Of a stretch of DNA of 35,988 nucleotides, positions 1-12,300 are shown piece by piece. The stretch lies in contig NW_021824688.1 of assembly GCF_006345805.1 (NCBI RefSeq), forward strand, positions 1-35,988. Direction: 5' to 3'. Position 1 is the first letter of the stretch, and the number at the start of each line of letters is the position of its first letter. The stretch is from Octopus sinensis. Lineage: Eukaryota. Made by a program: the position numbers and the translations under genes. Below the pieces are notes generated by a model that was not told the origin of the DNA, made no database searches, and saw nothing but the letters and a program-made list of their open reading frames with translations.

Positions 1-290
1 CCTTTCATCCTTTCGGGGTCGATTAAATAAGTACCAGTTACGGGTCGATGTAATCGACTTAATCCGTTTGTCTGTCCTTGTTTGTCCCTTCTATGTTTAG
101 CCCCTTGTGGGTAGTAAAGAAATAGGTATTTCGTCCGTCTTTACGTTTAAGTTCAAATTCTTCTGAGATCGACTTAGACTTCCATCACATCGAGATCGAT
201 GATAAAATAAGTACCAATCAACCACTGGGGTCGATGTACTCGACTTTGCCTCTTCCCCAAAATTGCTGGCCTTGAGCTAAATTTTGAAAT
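1..290 (+). mobile_element. tRNA-derived SINE, family B (5' end lies outside the window)
   Basis: CCTTTCATCCTTTCGGGGTCGAT...AAGTACCAG...GGTCGATGTAATCGACTT body followed by an internal partial repeat of the same unit. Homologous to 24535-24931, 25007-25211 and 33705-33950. Confidence 0.85.
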
Positions 291-299
291 TAAGAATTT

Positions 300-790
300 T
301 TTATTTGCTTTTTCATTAGCATGTTTGATACTCTCACTTGCTGAGTGATCCAGACGCCAAGAGCAAAGTTTGAGGACGGAAGGTGAAGACAGTACAGAAA
401 TACATTCAGGGGCTGTTTTCGCTTAAAGTACCACGTTTTGTATTTCAATTTCCAGATACTTATATTAAGTGGGCTATCAAATTCCTTGGCCAATATATTC
501 TTATCGGCGGAGACACTTATATCTATCAGTTTACAAGTATTTACTTTCCTATCTTTAATGATTATGTCTGGATTGTTCTGCCAGTATTGATAGGAAAACC
601 CCATAAGCTGGGAACATTTTCACCTTCAACCACTGGATTAGGACCATGTCCATACCAGCAAGGGGTGTCGATTTGGTAGTCCTTACATATTTTCCACTGC
701 AAATATTGTCCTACCCTATAGTGGCGATTTTTATATTCGTTTGGTTTGATCTGTTTATCAGACAGTCTGGTCATACATTATTACTGCTCA
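300..790 (-). pseudogene. 3' fragment of an RLE-type (R4/Dong-like) non-LTR retrotransposon, frameshifted
   Basis: Minus ORFs 562..774 (RHYRVGQYLQWKIC...WYGH.P.PVVEGENV) and 290..604 (PDIIIKDRKVNTCKLIDISVSAD) match the RHD/W region and PD..D endonuclease motif seen intact at 28774-29553. Confidence 0.85.
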
Positions 791-2712
791 GCAATAGCTC
801 AGCTTTCTGCTGGGCTGACTTGGGACGTCAATTATTTATCAACTTTTTGGGTCACTTACCTTCGACCATTGCTCCGTTTGAATGATTTTTCTCTGGGCTT
901 CATTTGTTTATCAAATGTCATGTGACTTGCTTTTGTCGGGCAGTCGGCAAGTGTTCCGGTTGGCTTACAGCTTTCAGACATCAGTGGTTTCTCTGACGTC
1001 ACGATCGGCTCAATGTTTAGTAGCATTATTTATTTATTCTTGTCTCGTCAAGAGTCCGGTTTTAACCCAAAATAAAATCCAATTGGTCAATTTCTGGGGC
1101 AAATAGTGTCGAAAATGTGTTATGTGTAGCGGTTAGAAGAAAGGGATTCGAATCCTGGAGGCAAGTTGTTACCCCAACTTTTGATTTACTTTTATTATTT
1201 TCCTGATTTCAAATTCTTTTAACTTCAGTCGAATAACCTTTTTTTTCCGATATATATTTCTTTGCTATAGAGTGTATAATTTTGGTTTATATTTCTTTAT
1301 AAACATATTTTCCTTATTTAATCGAAATTGGACAAAGGTGTTCCAGATGCTTTGATGTAAGAGGAAAATTTCATATTTCGTATGTTTGTTTGTTGGACAG
1401 AGATCTAAATATTTACACGTGGAGTCTCAAATCTATTGGTAGTGTACCACTGTTCTGTACATCAGATTTAAACCTGTCTGTTCTATGTGCAATTTAACAG
1501 CATAAATTAAATTGCTTGATACGCAGGTGAAATGACTTTATATGGTAAATGTTTTGTATTTATATTCCTATGTCAATTTATATTCCTTGATTTATATTCC
1601 CATGTCAATCTCTACAAGAAATAGATGAAGATTACACAGTTAGGATGGTTACACTTTTACACTACTGGAGTTGAAATTTTGATGAGTAAGTGGTACTTTT
1701 GAAGATTTAGACTGACTTTTACTTTTAATTATTTTGCGTGTTTAGAGTGACTTTTCATTCGTAGGTCGTTCATAAAAAGAGGGATATTCTGATGGATGAT
1801 ATTGCATGCTTCCGTGTTTCTTGGATCGTGTGTTGATATATAAGGTAGCTTTGAGTGTATCAGGGGTGTTCCTTGTTTTTCATAATTCTTAGGTGTCTAT
1901 CGATTTGAACGTCCTATCCCGTCAGTGATTAAAGCTATTGGGTAGTGTGTTTCGATTATTGTATTTCATAGTTCTTGAAGTCGTTTCTCCTGGGTTTCGG
2001 AAATGAATACAATTGTGCTGGTTGTTCTTGCTAGGTTAGAACATATTAATTTTCGCATGCTTTGGATGACAGGAAGAAATTAGCAGATATTGTTTTGAGT
2101 CTGTTCGTTTAATGCAGATGTCGGTTTCAACGTTCGTAACTCTTTATATGATTAAGATATCGAAAAAGAGTTGTTTTTCCCTATATTCCATGTTGAATTG
2201 AATACTGTGGGTTATGTATCTAACTCGGTTTTAAACTCATAGAGTTGATTTAAACTGTATGTCCACTAGCTGAAATAATCAACCATGTAGCGTTTTCATT
2301 TGGCGAATAAGCATTTATAGAAGACATCACCGTATATCAATCTCAATTGTTCGCATATTTGGACTTCTAAATATTCCATAAGAAGATTAGCATGCCTGGC
2401 GGATACTTTCATGCCCATCGCAGTCTTTTAAGAATTCGTTTAGGTAGGTATTTTGGAAATTTTACCAATGACAATGGTATGGCTTCTGTTCTATATCCAT
2501 ATGGAATCGTGGTTTAAATATTTACTACATCAAATGAAACCAAAAGAGTGTTTGTGTTGCCTTTATACTGGACATTGTTTAGAAAGTTTAAGACAGCATA
2601 AAAATTTATGAATTAATTTTAGGGATATATCACTAAAGTTCCTAAGTTTACGTATTTCACATGATGGACCTGATATAATTGGTCTTAGGTTCAGATCTTA
2701 GGGATGTGATAT

Positions 2713-3141
2713 ACTCTTTACTCTCTCTTTTACATGTTTCAGTCATTTGACTGCGGCCATGCTGGAGCACCGCCTTTAGTCGAGCAACTCGACCCCGGGA
2801 CTTATTCTTTGTAAGCCCAGTACTTATTCTATCGGTCTCTTTTGCCGAACCGCTAAGTGACGGGGACGTAAACACACCAGCATCGGTTGTCAAGCAATGC
2901 TAGGGGTACAAACACAGACACACAAACATATACAAACACATACACATACATACATATACATATATATACATATATACGACGGGTTTCTTTTCAGTTTCCG
3001 TATACCAAATTCACTCACAAGGCATTGGTCGGCCCGGGGCTATAGCAGAAGACACTTGCCCAAGATGCCACGCAGTGGGACTGAACCCGGAACCATGTGG
3101 CTCGTTAGCAAGCTACTTACCACACAGCCACTCCTGCGCCT
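2713..3141 (-). mobile_element. tRNA-derived SINE, family A, full length
   Basis: Reverse complement starts AGGCGCAGGAGTGGCTGTGTGGTAAG (A box) and GGTTCAGTCCC (B box-like), has an internal (TA/TG) microsatellite and an (AAAGAGT)n tail. Homologous to four other copies. Confidence 0.92.
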
Positions 3142-3400
3142 TTATATTAATAAACATTTGTCTTGCTCCAGAAGATTTTTGTGACTGCTTAGAAATTGTT
3201 GGTTCAAGTCTTATTAGATAGTCCCATTCCTTCTTCAGTAAATACCTTTCGGATCTACTGGCAGAATGTCGTGCGTACCCTCGTTATTTCCGATTGTCAT
3301 CAATTGTTTACTTTTCATGGTGGGTGATGTCACAAAGTAGGGATAGCTCACTGTTTTCGAATTGTTCGGAGTTAATTATGACTACAATACTTCTGACTAC

Positions 3401-3816
3401 AGGCGCAGGAGTGGCTGTGTGGTAAGTAGCTTGTTTACCAACCACGTGGTTCCGGGTTCAGTCCCACTGCGTGGCACCTTGGGCAAGTGTCTTCTACTAT
3501 AGCCTCGGGCCGACCAAAGCCTTGTGAGTGAATTTGGTAGACGGAAACTGAAAAGAACCCCGTCGTATATATGTATATATATATATATGTGTGTGTGTGT
3601 TTGTGTGTCTGTGTTTGTCCCCCCAACATCGCTTGACAACCGATGCTGGTGTGTTTACGTCCCCGTCACTTAGCGGTTCGGCAAAAGAGAACGATAGAAT
3701 AAATACTGGGCTTACAAAGAATAAGTCCTGGGGTCGATTTGCTCGACTAAAGGCGGTGCTCCAGCATGGCCACAGTCAAATGACTGAAACAAGTAAAAGA
3801 GTAAAGAGTAAAGAGT
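3401..3816 (+). mobile_element. tRNA-derived SINE, family A, full length, with 7-bp TSD
   Basis: Same head, body and tail as 2713-3141. ATACTTC is present at both 3387-3393 and 3817-3823. Confidence 0.93.
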
Positions 3817-4872
3817 ATACTTCCTTTATCAGCTACTTTGATAATTATATTGTTGTCCTTCTTAAAACCCTTGATGTTTTCCCATTCTTTCAGCTGCTTT
3901 TGATTGAAATGTTAGACGTAGTAATAAATAACAATGAAAATTAGTCATAAAACCACAGAATTTATTTAAAGTCTTATCATTTTCCGGACAATAATAAGTT
4001 TCAATGATTCATCGTTAATTTTTTTGTTGAACAATTCTTCTGTTTTGCTTAGTTTTCTACAATTTTTATGACATCTTTCTGCATTTCATTCATTTCGAAA
4101 TTTTATGGTATTGAGAAGAATTTTAACCTATTGGGGAAATCTTGAATTTATTGCGTTGAAAGGGTTGTGTGTAATCCATTTATTACATTTGGAAGTATAC
4201 ATTTGATTTGTTCCATCGAGTGTCTTGAATTCTGTCCACTCTCTCTAGAAAAGGATTCCTTGGTTTTCGGTTGAAGGTATTTGTATTCTTGTAAGGGAAT
4301 CAATTGTTTTCTGGTCTTATGTTAAAGCTTGAACTTTTATAGGTTCTAGTTTGTGTGTGGTCTTCCTGAAGTAATCATTACGGTTATAATTTTTGGCGTG
4401 TTGTGCAAACTGGTGTCTCCGATTTAGAGAGATATTACGTAGAGATAGAAAGAGGTTTTTGTTTCTTTCTATGAAGTACAGTCTTTGTCCAAAAGTTAAG
4501 GAGTTTATGTTACTATATTTCTATCATTGAAGAGTATTATGTCTTGAGAAAAGGGGATTTTTGTTACTCCCAAAAGGACTGTTTAGTTGTTTTGGCTTTC
4601 TGGAATTGATGTTATCATCTCTGTGTCTTTGACGATCATGCAAGTGACTTTTTGTTCCTGGGCATGCTGTTTGCATACCAGATTTGTGAAGTTAATGGGT
4701 TTGTAGTTTAAGGTAAACACCTGTGTGCTAAAGGTGTTGTCTACTCTGCCTCTGCATATGCAGGAGGCGATGTTTCAATAGGCAGCGAGACAGCTCTGTA
4801 GATGTTTCGGCCCCCAAACCAGGAGAACCAGAGCTGCTGGGATCACCCATCGACAAAACTTCCACACTATAG

Positions 4873-4903
4873 CACACACACACACAACACACACACACAC
4901 ACA

Positions 4904-4946
<43 letters not shown>
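4873..4946. repeat. (CA)n microsatellite
   Basis: Direct inspection. Confidence 0.97.
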
Positions 4947-4948
<2 letters not shown>

Positions 4949-5070
4949 TATGAAATCCAGAGATTCTCAGTATAGAAGAGAGTAGTGCTCAAAATTTTTC
5001 AAACTTAGACTCCGAAATCTTCACAGGGGATCAGTTCAACAGGAGTGATCAAGTTGAGCGGCTACAGAGG

Positions 5071-5662
5071 CAATTTTGCGGATAAAAAAATTAGATATAT
5101 TAAATATAATTTAATAGCTCGGTCATGAAACAAAAAGTATGTATATAAGTATACGTGGAAAACGAGAGAAAGCAAAAGATGGGAAATTTCAGGCAATGAA
5201 TATTTAAGGACAAATATATAGATATCTACATAAATAGATCCAACTTCCACAGAGTACAAGCGACAAAGTAAATTAAAGGAGTGGAAGAAAGGTGTTATAA
5301 ACCCAACAGCTGTTTCTAGGTGTTTGGAGGTCTATGATAATTTCCATAGATGGCAACTGTAGTAACATCTATTACGGCCGCATATTGAGATGAACTACAT
5401 CAAACAAAATCATCATGGATCTCTAAGCCCCCAGAAAAAGCTGTTGGATTTATCATACCTTTCTTCCACTCTTTTAATTATCTCTGTCTGTGGAAGTTGA
5501 CTCTATTTATGTAAATATCTACATCTTGGTACTTAAATATTCTTTGTCTGAAAGTCTCTATCTTTTGCTTTCTTTCGTTTTTCATGTATAGTTATATAAA
5601 TATTTTGTTTCATGCCCAGACTATTATATTTAATATATCTGATATGTTTATCCGCATAATTG
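5071..5662. repeat. Long diverged inverted repeat (arms about 5071-5320 and 5430-5662), probable Penelope pseudo-LTR remnant
   Basis: The arms align in reverse complement along their length (e.g. GCGGATAAA..AGATATATTAAATATAAT; AACTTCCACAGA; GAGTGGAAGAAAGGT). The inner ends carry the GAAACAGCTGTT hammerhead half-core. Confidence 0.8.
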
Positions 5663-5884
5663 TCTATACATTGGGCGTGCCTCTGTGTGTGTGTGTGTGT
5701 GTGAGTGCAGCAACGTATGTAAACAAACACTTCTTGCTTTTAGAAGCATCGAATGTGTATTGTACCATACAGACAAGAAAGTAATATGTCGAACGCAGTA
5801 TAGCCGTGAACACAGCAGAAAGGTTGGGTGTTTAACCCTTATATAGCGGAAAAAGTTGTTAGCGTATTCTGACAACGTTTTCCG

Positions 5885-5886
<2 letters not shown>

Positions 5887-5979
<93 letters not shown>
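5887..5979. repeat. (TA)n microsatellite
   Basis: Direct inspection. Confidence 0.97.
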
Positions 5980-5983
<4 letters not shown>

Positions 5984-6139
5984 AAAATTTAATATTGAGG
6001 GTGATAAATTGAATATGGATTTAATATGATCTGCGGGGCTATATCTTGGAAATCCGTCGGATAATGGTTTCCCTTTATGTCAGAATTAATAGTCCAGATT
6101 ATTTAAGCATTTTATCTGATCAAATTCATTCTATGGCTG

Positions 6140-7065
6140 CAGCACTTCCCATTCGAGTTCTTGAATCGCGACTTTGGTCATATTGGCAATGTGAGGACGG
6201 GCGTTGTCGTGTTGCAGAAGAACGCCATTTAGCCTATTCCGTCTTTTTTGCTGAATTCCTTCGTTGAGTCGGTGCAGCTGTTAAACGTAGAACTCCGCAT
6301 TGAGTGTTTGGTTGGGTTCAAGCAGTTCGTAATGAATTATGCCTACCCAATCCCACCATGCACACAACATGATCTTTCGAGGATGGGAGTCTTGTTTTGT
6401 TCGTGAGTCGCGTATTTGTCGGAGCTGAGTTATTCTTTTCGCTGCTTTATATTGACGTAAGAGCACCATTTTTCATCGCCAGTGACAATGAGGCAAAGAA
6501 ATCGTTGTTTGTGACCATGTGTTGAGCGATGTCGAGCAAGCAAACTGGTGACGATTGTGGAGCGTTGATATTTGTTTTCGCTCAAGGTGTGTGGCACCCA
6601 AGCGCCGAGTTTCTGAACCTTACCCAAAACACCGTGTTTTGATCACAATCCATCTGCTCCGCCAATTCTCTGGTCGTTTGACGTGAATTTTCGTGGAGAA
6701 GTTGATTCAATCGCTCTTCTTGAGGTCAAAATTTCCATTTTTGAAGTGCGAAAACCCAATGGTGGCTGGTACTTTGAGGCATTGCTCCTTCTCCATGCGC
6801 AGCACAAATCTCACGAGTAGCTTCGGCGGCCTTAACACCTCGATTAAATGCAAAAAACAAATGCTCTCGAAAATGATCAGTTTTGTCCACTTGATATTCC
6901 GTTTTAATGATCGGAAAATACAAAAAAATCAACAAAATTAAAAACTCAAAACATGCTATTTTGTAGAGCAAAAAAATTCTCTTTTAAATAACATAAAAAA
7001 TTTTGCCAATGCATTTTTAAATTTAAATAAAAAAAAAACGCTCATGAATTATTCCTCAACCCAAT
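6140..7065 (-). mobile_element. Mariner (DD34D-type) transposon, 3'-truncated and frameshifted
   Basis: Minus translation: HTH region FNRGVKAAEATREIC, WVPHTL, IVTGDEKW, MLCAWWDW.GIIHYELL, GVLLQHDNARPH, WEVLQP. Homology stops before YSPDL. TIR-like TTGGGTTGAGGAATAATTCATGAGCG is present at the 7064 end only. Confidence 0.9.
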
Positions 7066-7166
7066 TTAATTTTCACTTTAACCGTTTTTAAATTCAGCTC
7101 ATTATCTCAACGGAAATCTTGTGAGCTGACAAGGCGGGATGAGTTTAACCCTAGGCGTGGTGAAAG

Positions 7167-7224
7167 CCACTGATGAACGTTAAGATGCGTTAAGCATCAG
7201 AACGCGAAATCATCGTTGATCTGG
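7167..7224 (+). ncRNA. Type I hammerhead ribozyme motif
   Basis: Stem I CCA(7167-69)/TGG(7222-24). Core CTGATGA 7170-76. Stem II (A)CGTT/AACG(C) extended by a GATGC/GCATC hairpin. GAAA 7206-09. Stem III ATCA-tcgt-TGAT. AUC cleavage triplet, cut after C7221. One defect: A10.1-C11.1 mismatch. Confidence 0.75.
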
Positions 7225-7931
7225 ATGTATCTGCGACCATAGGGAGCCTGTCTCTCTTGTCAGCTTATTAAGATATCGCTTTCGTTGGCTTTTGAGTTGT
7301 TTGTTTTGACTCTTATTTCTAGCAATGCTGATGCCGTTCACTTTAGTGACGTATATATTTTTGCCTTTAGGTTGTAAAATTACGAATTAGCCACCCATAA
7401 CATTATATATATATATGGTGTGTGTGTGTGTGTGTAAGGAGGGGAAAAGGGGTAATACGAAAGCTTGTGACAATGCGACAAGTTTAACAAAACCTTTATA
7501 TTTTAAGCGTAAAGGTTCATCCTCGGAGAAATGTCTAGTGACGCAGGTTCTCTTAACCCTTTGAAATCCCTCAACGTTAAGCTAGCAACAGCAGTCTCTC
7601 TCTGAATGTTAGTGCAATCGAATCTCTAAGCGTTGTCGTAAACAAACTTCCAACTGTTGCTATAGGCCACTCGCCATTTGTTGGATGATATGACCTAGTT
7701 ATGTTAGTAGTAACAGCAGTCGGTCTCCAAATGTTGCCAGGTGTAGGCCGCTGGTTGTTTGCGACGTATACTCTTCTTCGATATTATAATGCTTGCAGCG
7801 AACTATGACGCTCATATATAGGTGTGTGTGTGTGTATTATCTATTTATATATGTGTGTGTGTAGATTATATATGTGTGTGTGTGCGTATTATCTATCTAT
7901 ATATTCTGTGTGTGTGTTGTGTCTAGCTAGT

Positions 7932-7986
7932 TAGATAGATAGGTAGATAGATAGATGGATAGATAGATAGATAATAGATAGATAGG

Positions 7987-8083
<97 letters not shown>
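7932..8083. repeat. (GATA)n microsatellite
   Basis: Direct inspection. Confidence 0.97.
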
Positions 8084-8223
8084 TGACAGACAGACACAAA
8101 CATACGCATATATACATTCACTCACACACGTGTATATACATTAGAAAACGTAACCAACGTGGAATGTTGGCGATTTTTTCGCCTTCTTCCTTTTGGGTGT
8201 AGGGTGGCTTTCTTATGTCTCCT

Positions 8224-8257
8224 GCTTCCGAAGAGAGTTTTGCTCGAAACTTAAAAC
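8224..8257 (+). ncRNA. Degenerate minimal hammerhead motif in a Penelope pseudo-LTR-like remnant
   Basis: GCTT-CCGAAGA-GAG-ttttg-CTC-GAAA-CTT-A-AAAC. Core U4 is C, stem III reads ACTT instead of palindromic ACGT, and stem I has one mismatch. Confidence 0.45.
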
Positions 8258-8359
8258 AACCACTCTTTCTTTCCTTCTCTGAACATCTTATTAATATTTG
8301 CATATACTAAGTCCTTGCGTTGTTTTCCCTTGTCTTTTTTTCTCCGTTTTTTATTGGGT

Positions 8360-8469
8360 ACGCACGCAACACACACACACACACACACAACACACACACG
8401 TATATCTTTTGTATATATATAAACTTACTTGGAAATGGATGCGTGGCGTCATTAAATAATAATATAAAT

Positions 8470-8531
<62 letters not shown>

Positions 8532-8557
8532 TAATAGATAGATAGATAGATAGATAG

Positions 8558-8606
<49 letters not shown>

Positions 8607-8751
8607 TATGGATATAGATATAGATATAGATATAGATATAGATATAGATATATATATAAATATATAATTTTAAAAAACTGAGAAAAAAGACAAGAAAAAA
8701 TAACAACACGAGGATTTGGTACACACAGACACAGACACAGACCACACCCAC

Positions 8752-8803
<52 letters not shown>

Positions 8804-8809
8804 GTGTGT

Positions 8810-8860
<51 letters not shown>
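8360..8860. repeat. Compound microsatellite (CA, TA, GATA, TAGATA, TG)
   Basis: Direct inspection. A ~50-bp inverted repeat (8300-8350 vs 8675-8722) brackets its left part. Confidence 0.93.
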
Positions 8861-8861
<1 letters not shown>

Positions 8862-9034
8862 CTACAGCTGATCTTACAATCTATAGAATTTGGTCTATTC
8901 ACTAAGCTACTTTTCTTTCTCCTCTTAAGACGGTTACAAAACCAGTGATTGTGGGAGCAGTAAAGGAACTAAAAATTAGTTGAGAATGACCCCATGGATT
9001 ACCATTCATGCAGGAAGCGCAAAAGATAGTATTA

Positions 9035-9190
9035 AGCGTTAAATGCAAACGTAAACAGTCTGTATATGAAAAGAAAAAATGATGGCAGAGGACTGATTAA
9101 TATAGACCATTGTATAAGGAGTGAAAGGAAAACGCTTGCCGAGTATTTGATAAATAGTGACGAAGATCTGTAGTAATATAGCGAGATCCA
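9035..9190 (+). pseudogene. Short internal (thumb-region) fragment of an R4/Dong-like element
   Basis: NANVNSLYMKRKNDGRGLINIDHCIRSERKTLAEYLINSDEDL, homologous in the same orientation to 11840-11970 (shared ACGCTTGCCGAGTATTTGATAAATAGTGA). Confidence 0.8.
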
Positions 9191-9319
9191 TATTATTATT
9201 GACAATTTTAAATGCTATAGGTAATACGATGGTGGTAATGATAATCACTCTGGTTATGGAGGTGATACAATGCGAGCACGTTATATATATATATATTTAT
9301 GTACATACATGTTCCCGTG

Positions 9320-12300
9320 TATATACAAATAAAGAGAGGAAGCGAGAGATGGGAGCTCAATAACAACTCTCGTGGGAACCCCACGATCGACTCATGAAAT
9401 CATGATGCAACTCGACGAGGAAAGAATTATCGGCGAGAATGAAGCTATAACCGATCATGGTGAAGGTTTCCCGCCCGGCATGTCCGAAACCGCCCGCATT
9501 AGGGGCAGTGATCTGGCCTCGAACGGTCGTTATGCCACAGCAAATCACATACTCGGTATGCGCAAAAACAGGCGTAAATGAACGTAGGAAATGTACGATA
9601 CACTTATTGAACATCATGAAAGAGCAAAGCTGGAAAAAAGTCACGGAGTAGGCCGACGTACCTTGAAACTTTGGATGGAAAAGGACTAAAATAAACTAAT
9701 GAACAAAGTGAGAGTGATTAAGAGAAAGGGTTACTTAACTGGAGTAGAAATATCTCGGATTATTGAGAGTCTGAGAGACTCTGCGGATGGGCTACAAAGG
9801 ATGATCGGAGTTGAAAACAGAGAGGTAGGAGTTGAAAGCAGAGAGAAGAGTAGACAGAAGGAAAGGTAACGGGGTTGGTAAGGATGAGGAACATTATACA
9901 GTAAACCCCGATACTGTGGTGGGTGGACATGCAGGGGAAATGAACCAACTAGTCAATGAATTGATTGAAATTCATAGAGGTCTTGCTGACTTGATGAATG
10001 CTCTAGAAGAAAAAAGTCCCCATGAATGAGAAAGGTATATAGGAGTATGATAAATAGAGTAACACGAAAGATAAATACTGTCATACCATACATCCAGACA
10101 TAACACAAACAAGGAATCTTCTCCGAGCTATTGCGCTACTTGTTTAGGAGAAATTACAACTTAAGAGAACAAAAAATGGGGAGCAAAAGAATCATGGTGG
10201 AAACGACGCATTGAAAGAGACATAATGTGGGCAAAGCAAGATCTAGGAAAAATTGAGCAATGGTTAAGGGGAAACTGGAAAAAGGGGTAAAATACCAACC
10301 GAGAAAAATGAGAGAGGAAATATAAAATACGGAAGAACGGGTTTTTTGCAGTAATAGAACAGTTAAAACAGAGGATCATGGCAAAGAGCCAGAATATCAG
10401 AAGATTTGTGAATAGAAATAAGCAGTTTGAGAACACATTGTTCAAAAATAATCCGAAGCAATTCTTCCGAACGTTGGAAGGTGACAAGGGGGAAAATGTT
10501 GCGCTTGATGCAAATGAAGCCAAAGAGTTGTGGAGCGGATTATGGGGAAATAATGCGGTGCATAAAAAGGATGCAATATGGATAGGAGTTGTCAAGACAG
10601 AATTACAAGGAGGAAAGAAAGAAAGGAATATTGTCATAAGCACGGGTAACGTGAAAGAGCAAGGGGGTAAAGTATCTAACTAGAAAGCCCTCGGACCAGA
10701 TGGGATTCATGGCTTCTGGGTGAAGAGATGCCACGCGGTGTATCAAAGACTAGCAGCACAATTGAATGAGTGTGTCCAGAAAAGTACAGTCCCTGCGTGG
10801 ATGGTGACTGGGAGGACAACAGTTATAATGGAAGATAAAAAGGTGAATATTGTGGGAAACTACCGTTCCATAGCATGCCTAAAGATAATCTGAAAGATAC
10901 TGGAATGTGTGCGGCAAAGACATACACTTTCCTGGCACATGAAGAAATACTACCAAGGGAACAAAAAGGATGTAGTAAGAATTATCAGAGTACCAAGGAT
11001 CACTTGGTCATCGATAAAACAGTTTCGAGGCATCATAAAAAGCATAATACAAACATGTCTATGGCTTGGATTGACTTTAAGAAGGGACATGATATGATGC
11101 CTCATTCTTGGATCGTTGAATGCCTGCAGATATTTGGTGTTGCTGACAACATCACGAATTTTCTGATACTTAGCATGAAAGTGTAGAAAACCAAATTGTA
11201 CTCAAGTGATGTATTCCTTGGAGAAGTTAATATTAAAAGGGGAATCTTCCAAGGTGACTCGTTTTCTCCGTTCCTATTTGTAATTGCACAAATACCCATA
11301 ACAATGACACTTAGGAAAGTTAAGATGGGTTACCGATGTGGGAAGAAAGGCCCATAATTGAACCATCTCCTGTTTATGGATGACCTTAAATTGCTTGGGA
11401 AATTTGAAAAACAGATAGATTCCTTAACCAAAACATTCCAGAAGTGTGGCAAGGAGATCGGTATGGAATTTGGGATTACAAATTCTCAGTACTTAATATG
11501 AAAATACGGAAGAAAACATCCTGCTGAGGGTTTTGGTTACCATCAGGAGAGGCCATGGGTGAACCCGACGGTAGTGGATATAAATATTTAGGGATTTTAG
11601 AACTGGATGACATTCTACACAGAAAAATGAAAGTCAAAGTCAGCGAGGCGTATCAAGAATGGGTGAAGATGGTGTTGAAATCCAACCTGAATACCTAAAA
11701 TTTGAGTACCGCAATGAATTTGTGGGCAATTGCGATGGCGCACTATAGTGCGTCCACCCTCAGATGGATTAAGGAGGAAATACCATCACTGGATTGAAGG
11801 ACTAGAAAGTTGATGACGCTGCATGGGGCGCTACACCCTAAAGCAAATGTAAACAGACTGTATATGAACAGAAAGACTGATGGCACAGGAGTAATTAGTA
11901 AAGAACATCGTATAAGGAGTAAAGGGAGACGCTTGCCGAGTATTTGATAAATAGTGATGAAGACCTGCTGAAATACGCCGCGAAAGATATGGGTGTAAAT
12001 GCAGATGACTTGGTGGGCAAGGAAGAGTTTAACCATAGAGCTGAGGAGAAAAGAAGACCTTCTTGAAATGAGAATGCAAGGACAGTTTGAAAGGAATACA
12101 CAAGACGTTAAGGATAATACAGCATCGTTGACATGGCTTGAGCGAGGTTATTTGAAGCGTACCACCGAAAGCCTGATCATTGCTGCATAAGACCAGGCTC
12201 TCGCTGCCAATTCAGTGAAGTATAACAATCTATAAAATTTTGACAGCCAGAATGCAGACTCTGGAAAGAGGTGGAAAATGTGACCCACTTGATAAGTGGA

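Larger units (their letters stand above)
1150..4720 (-). mobile_element. Decayed Penelope-like element (RT + GIY-YIG), interrupted by two SINEs
   Basis: Manual minus-strand translation gives, in order: IIIKVADKGSIVVII (joined across the SINE at 3401-3816), LRPIISGPSC, LVSFDVVNI*TTIP, TAMG...HANLLMEYLE, KRYMVD (decayed YIDD), TDICIKRTDSKQYLLISSCHPKH, NLIYAV..HIEQTG (GIY-YIG) and KENMFI. Many stops and frameshifts. Confidence 0.85.

Noticed and set aside
3401-3475. tRNA-like A/B boxes
   Set aside because: These are SINE heads continuous with the SINE body; I could not build a cloverleaf with an acceptor stem, so they are not called tRNA genes.
2657-3944. Recurring 60-130 aa ORFs such as MTTDAGVFTSPSLSG and RLWSARGYSRRHLPK (also 21630, 30444, 34621)
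   Set aside because: Chance frames within SINE family A copies.
7923-8902. ORFs with [12 protein letters not shown] repeats (also 4728-4943, 16788-18647)
   Set aside because: These are translations of GATA, TA and CA microsatellites and carry no protein signal.
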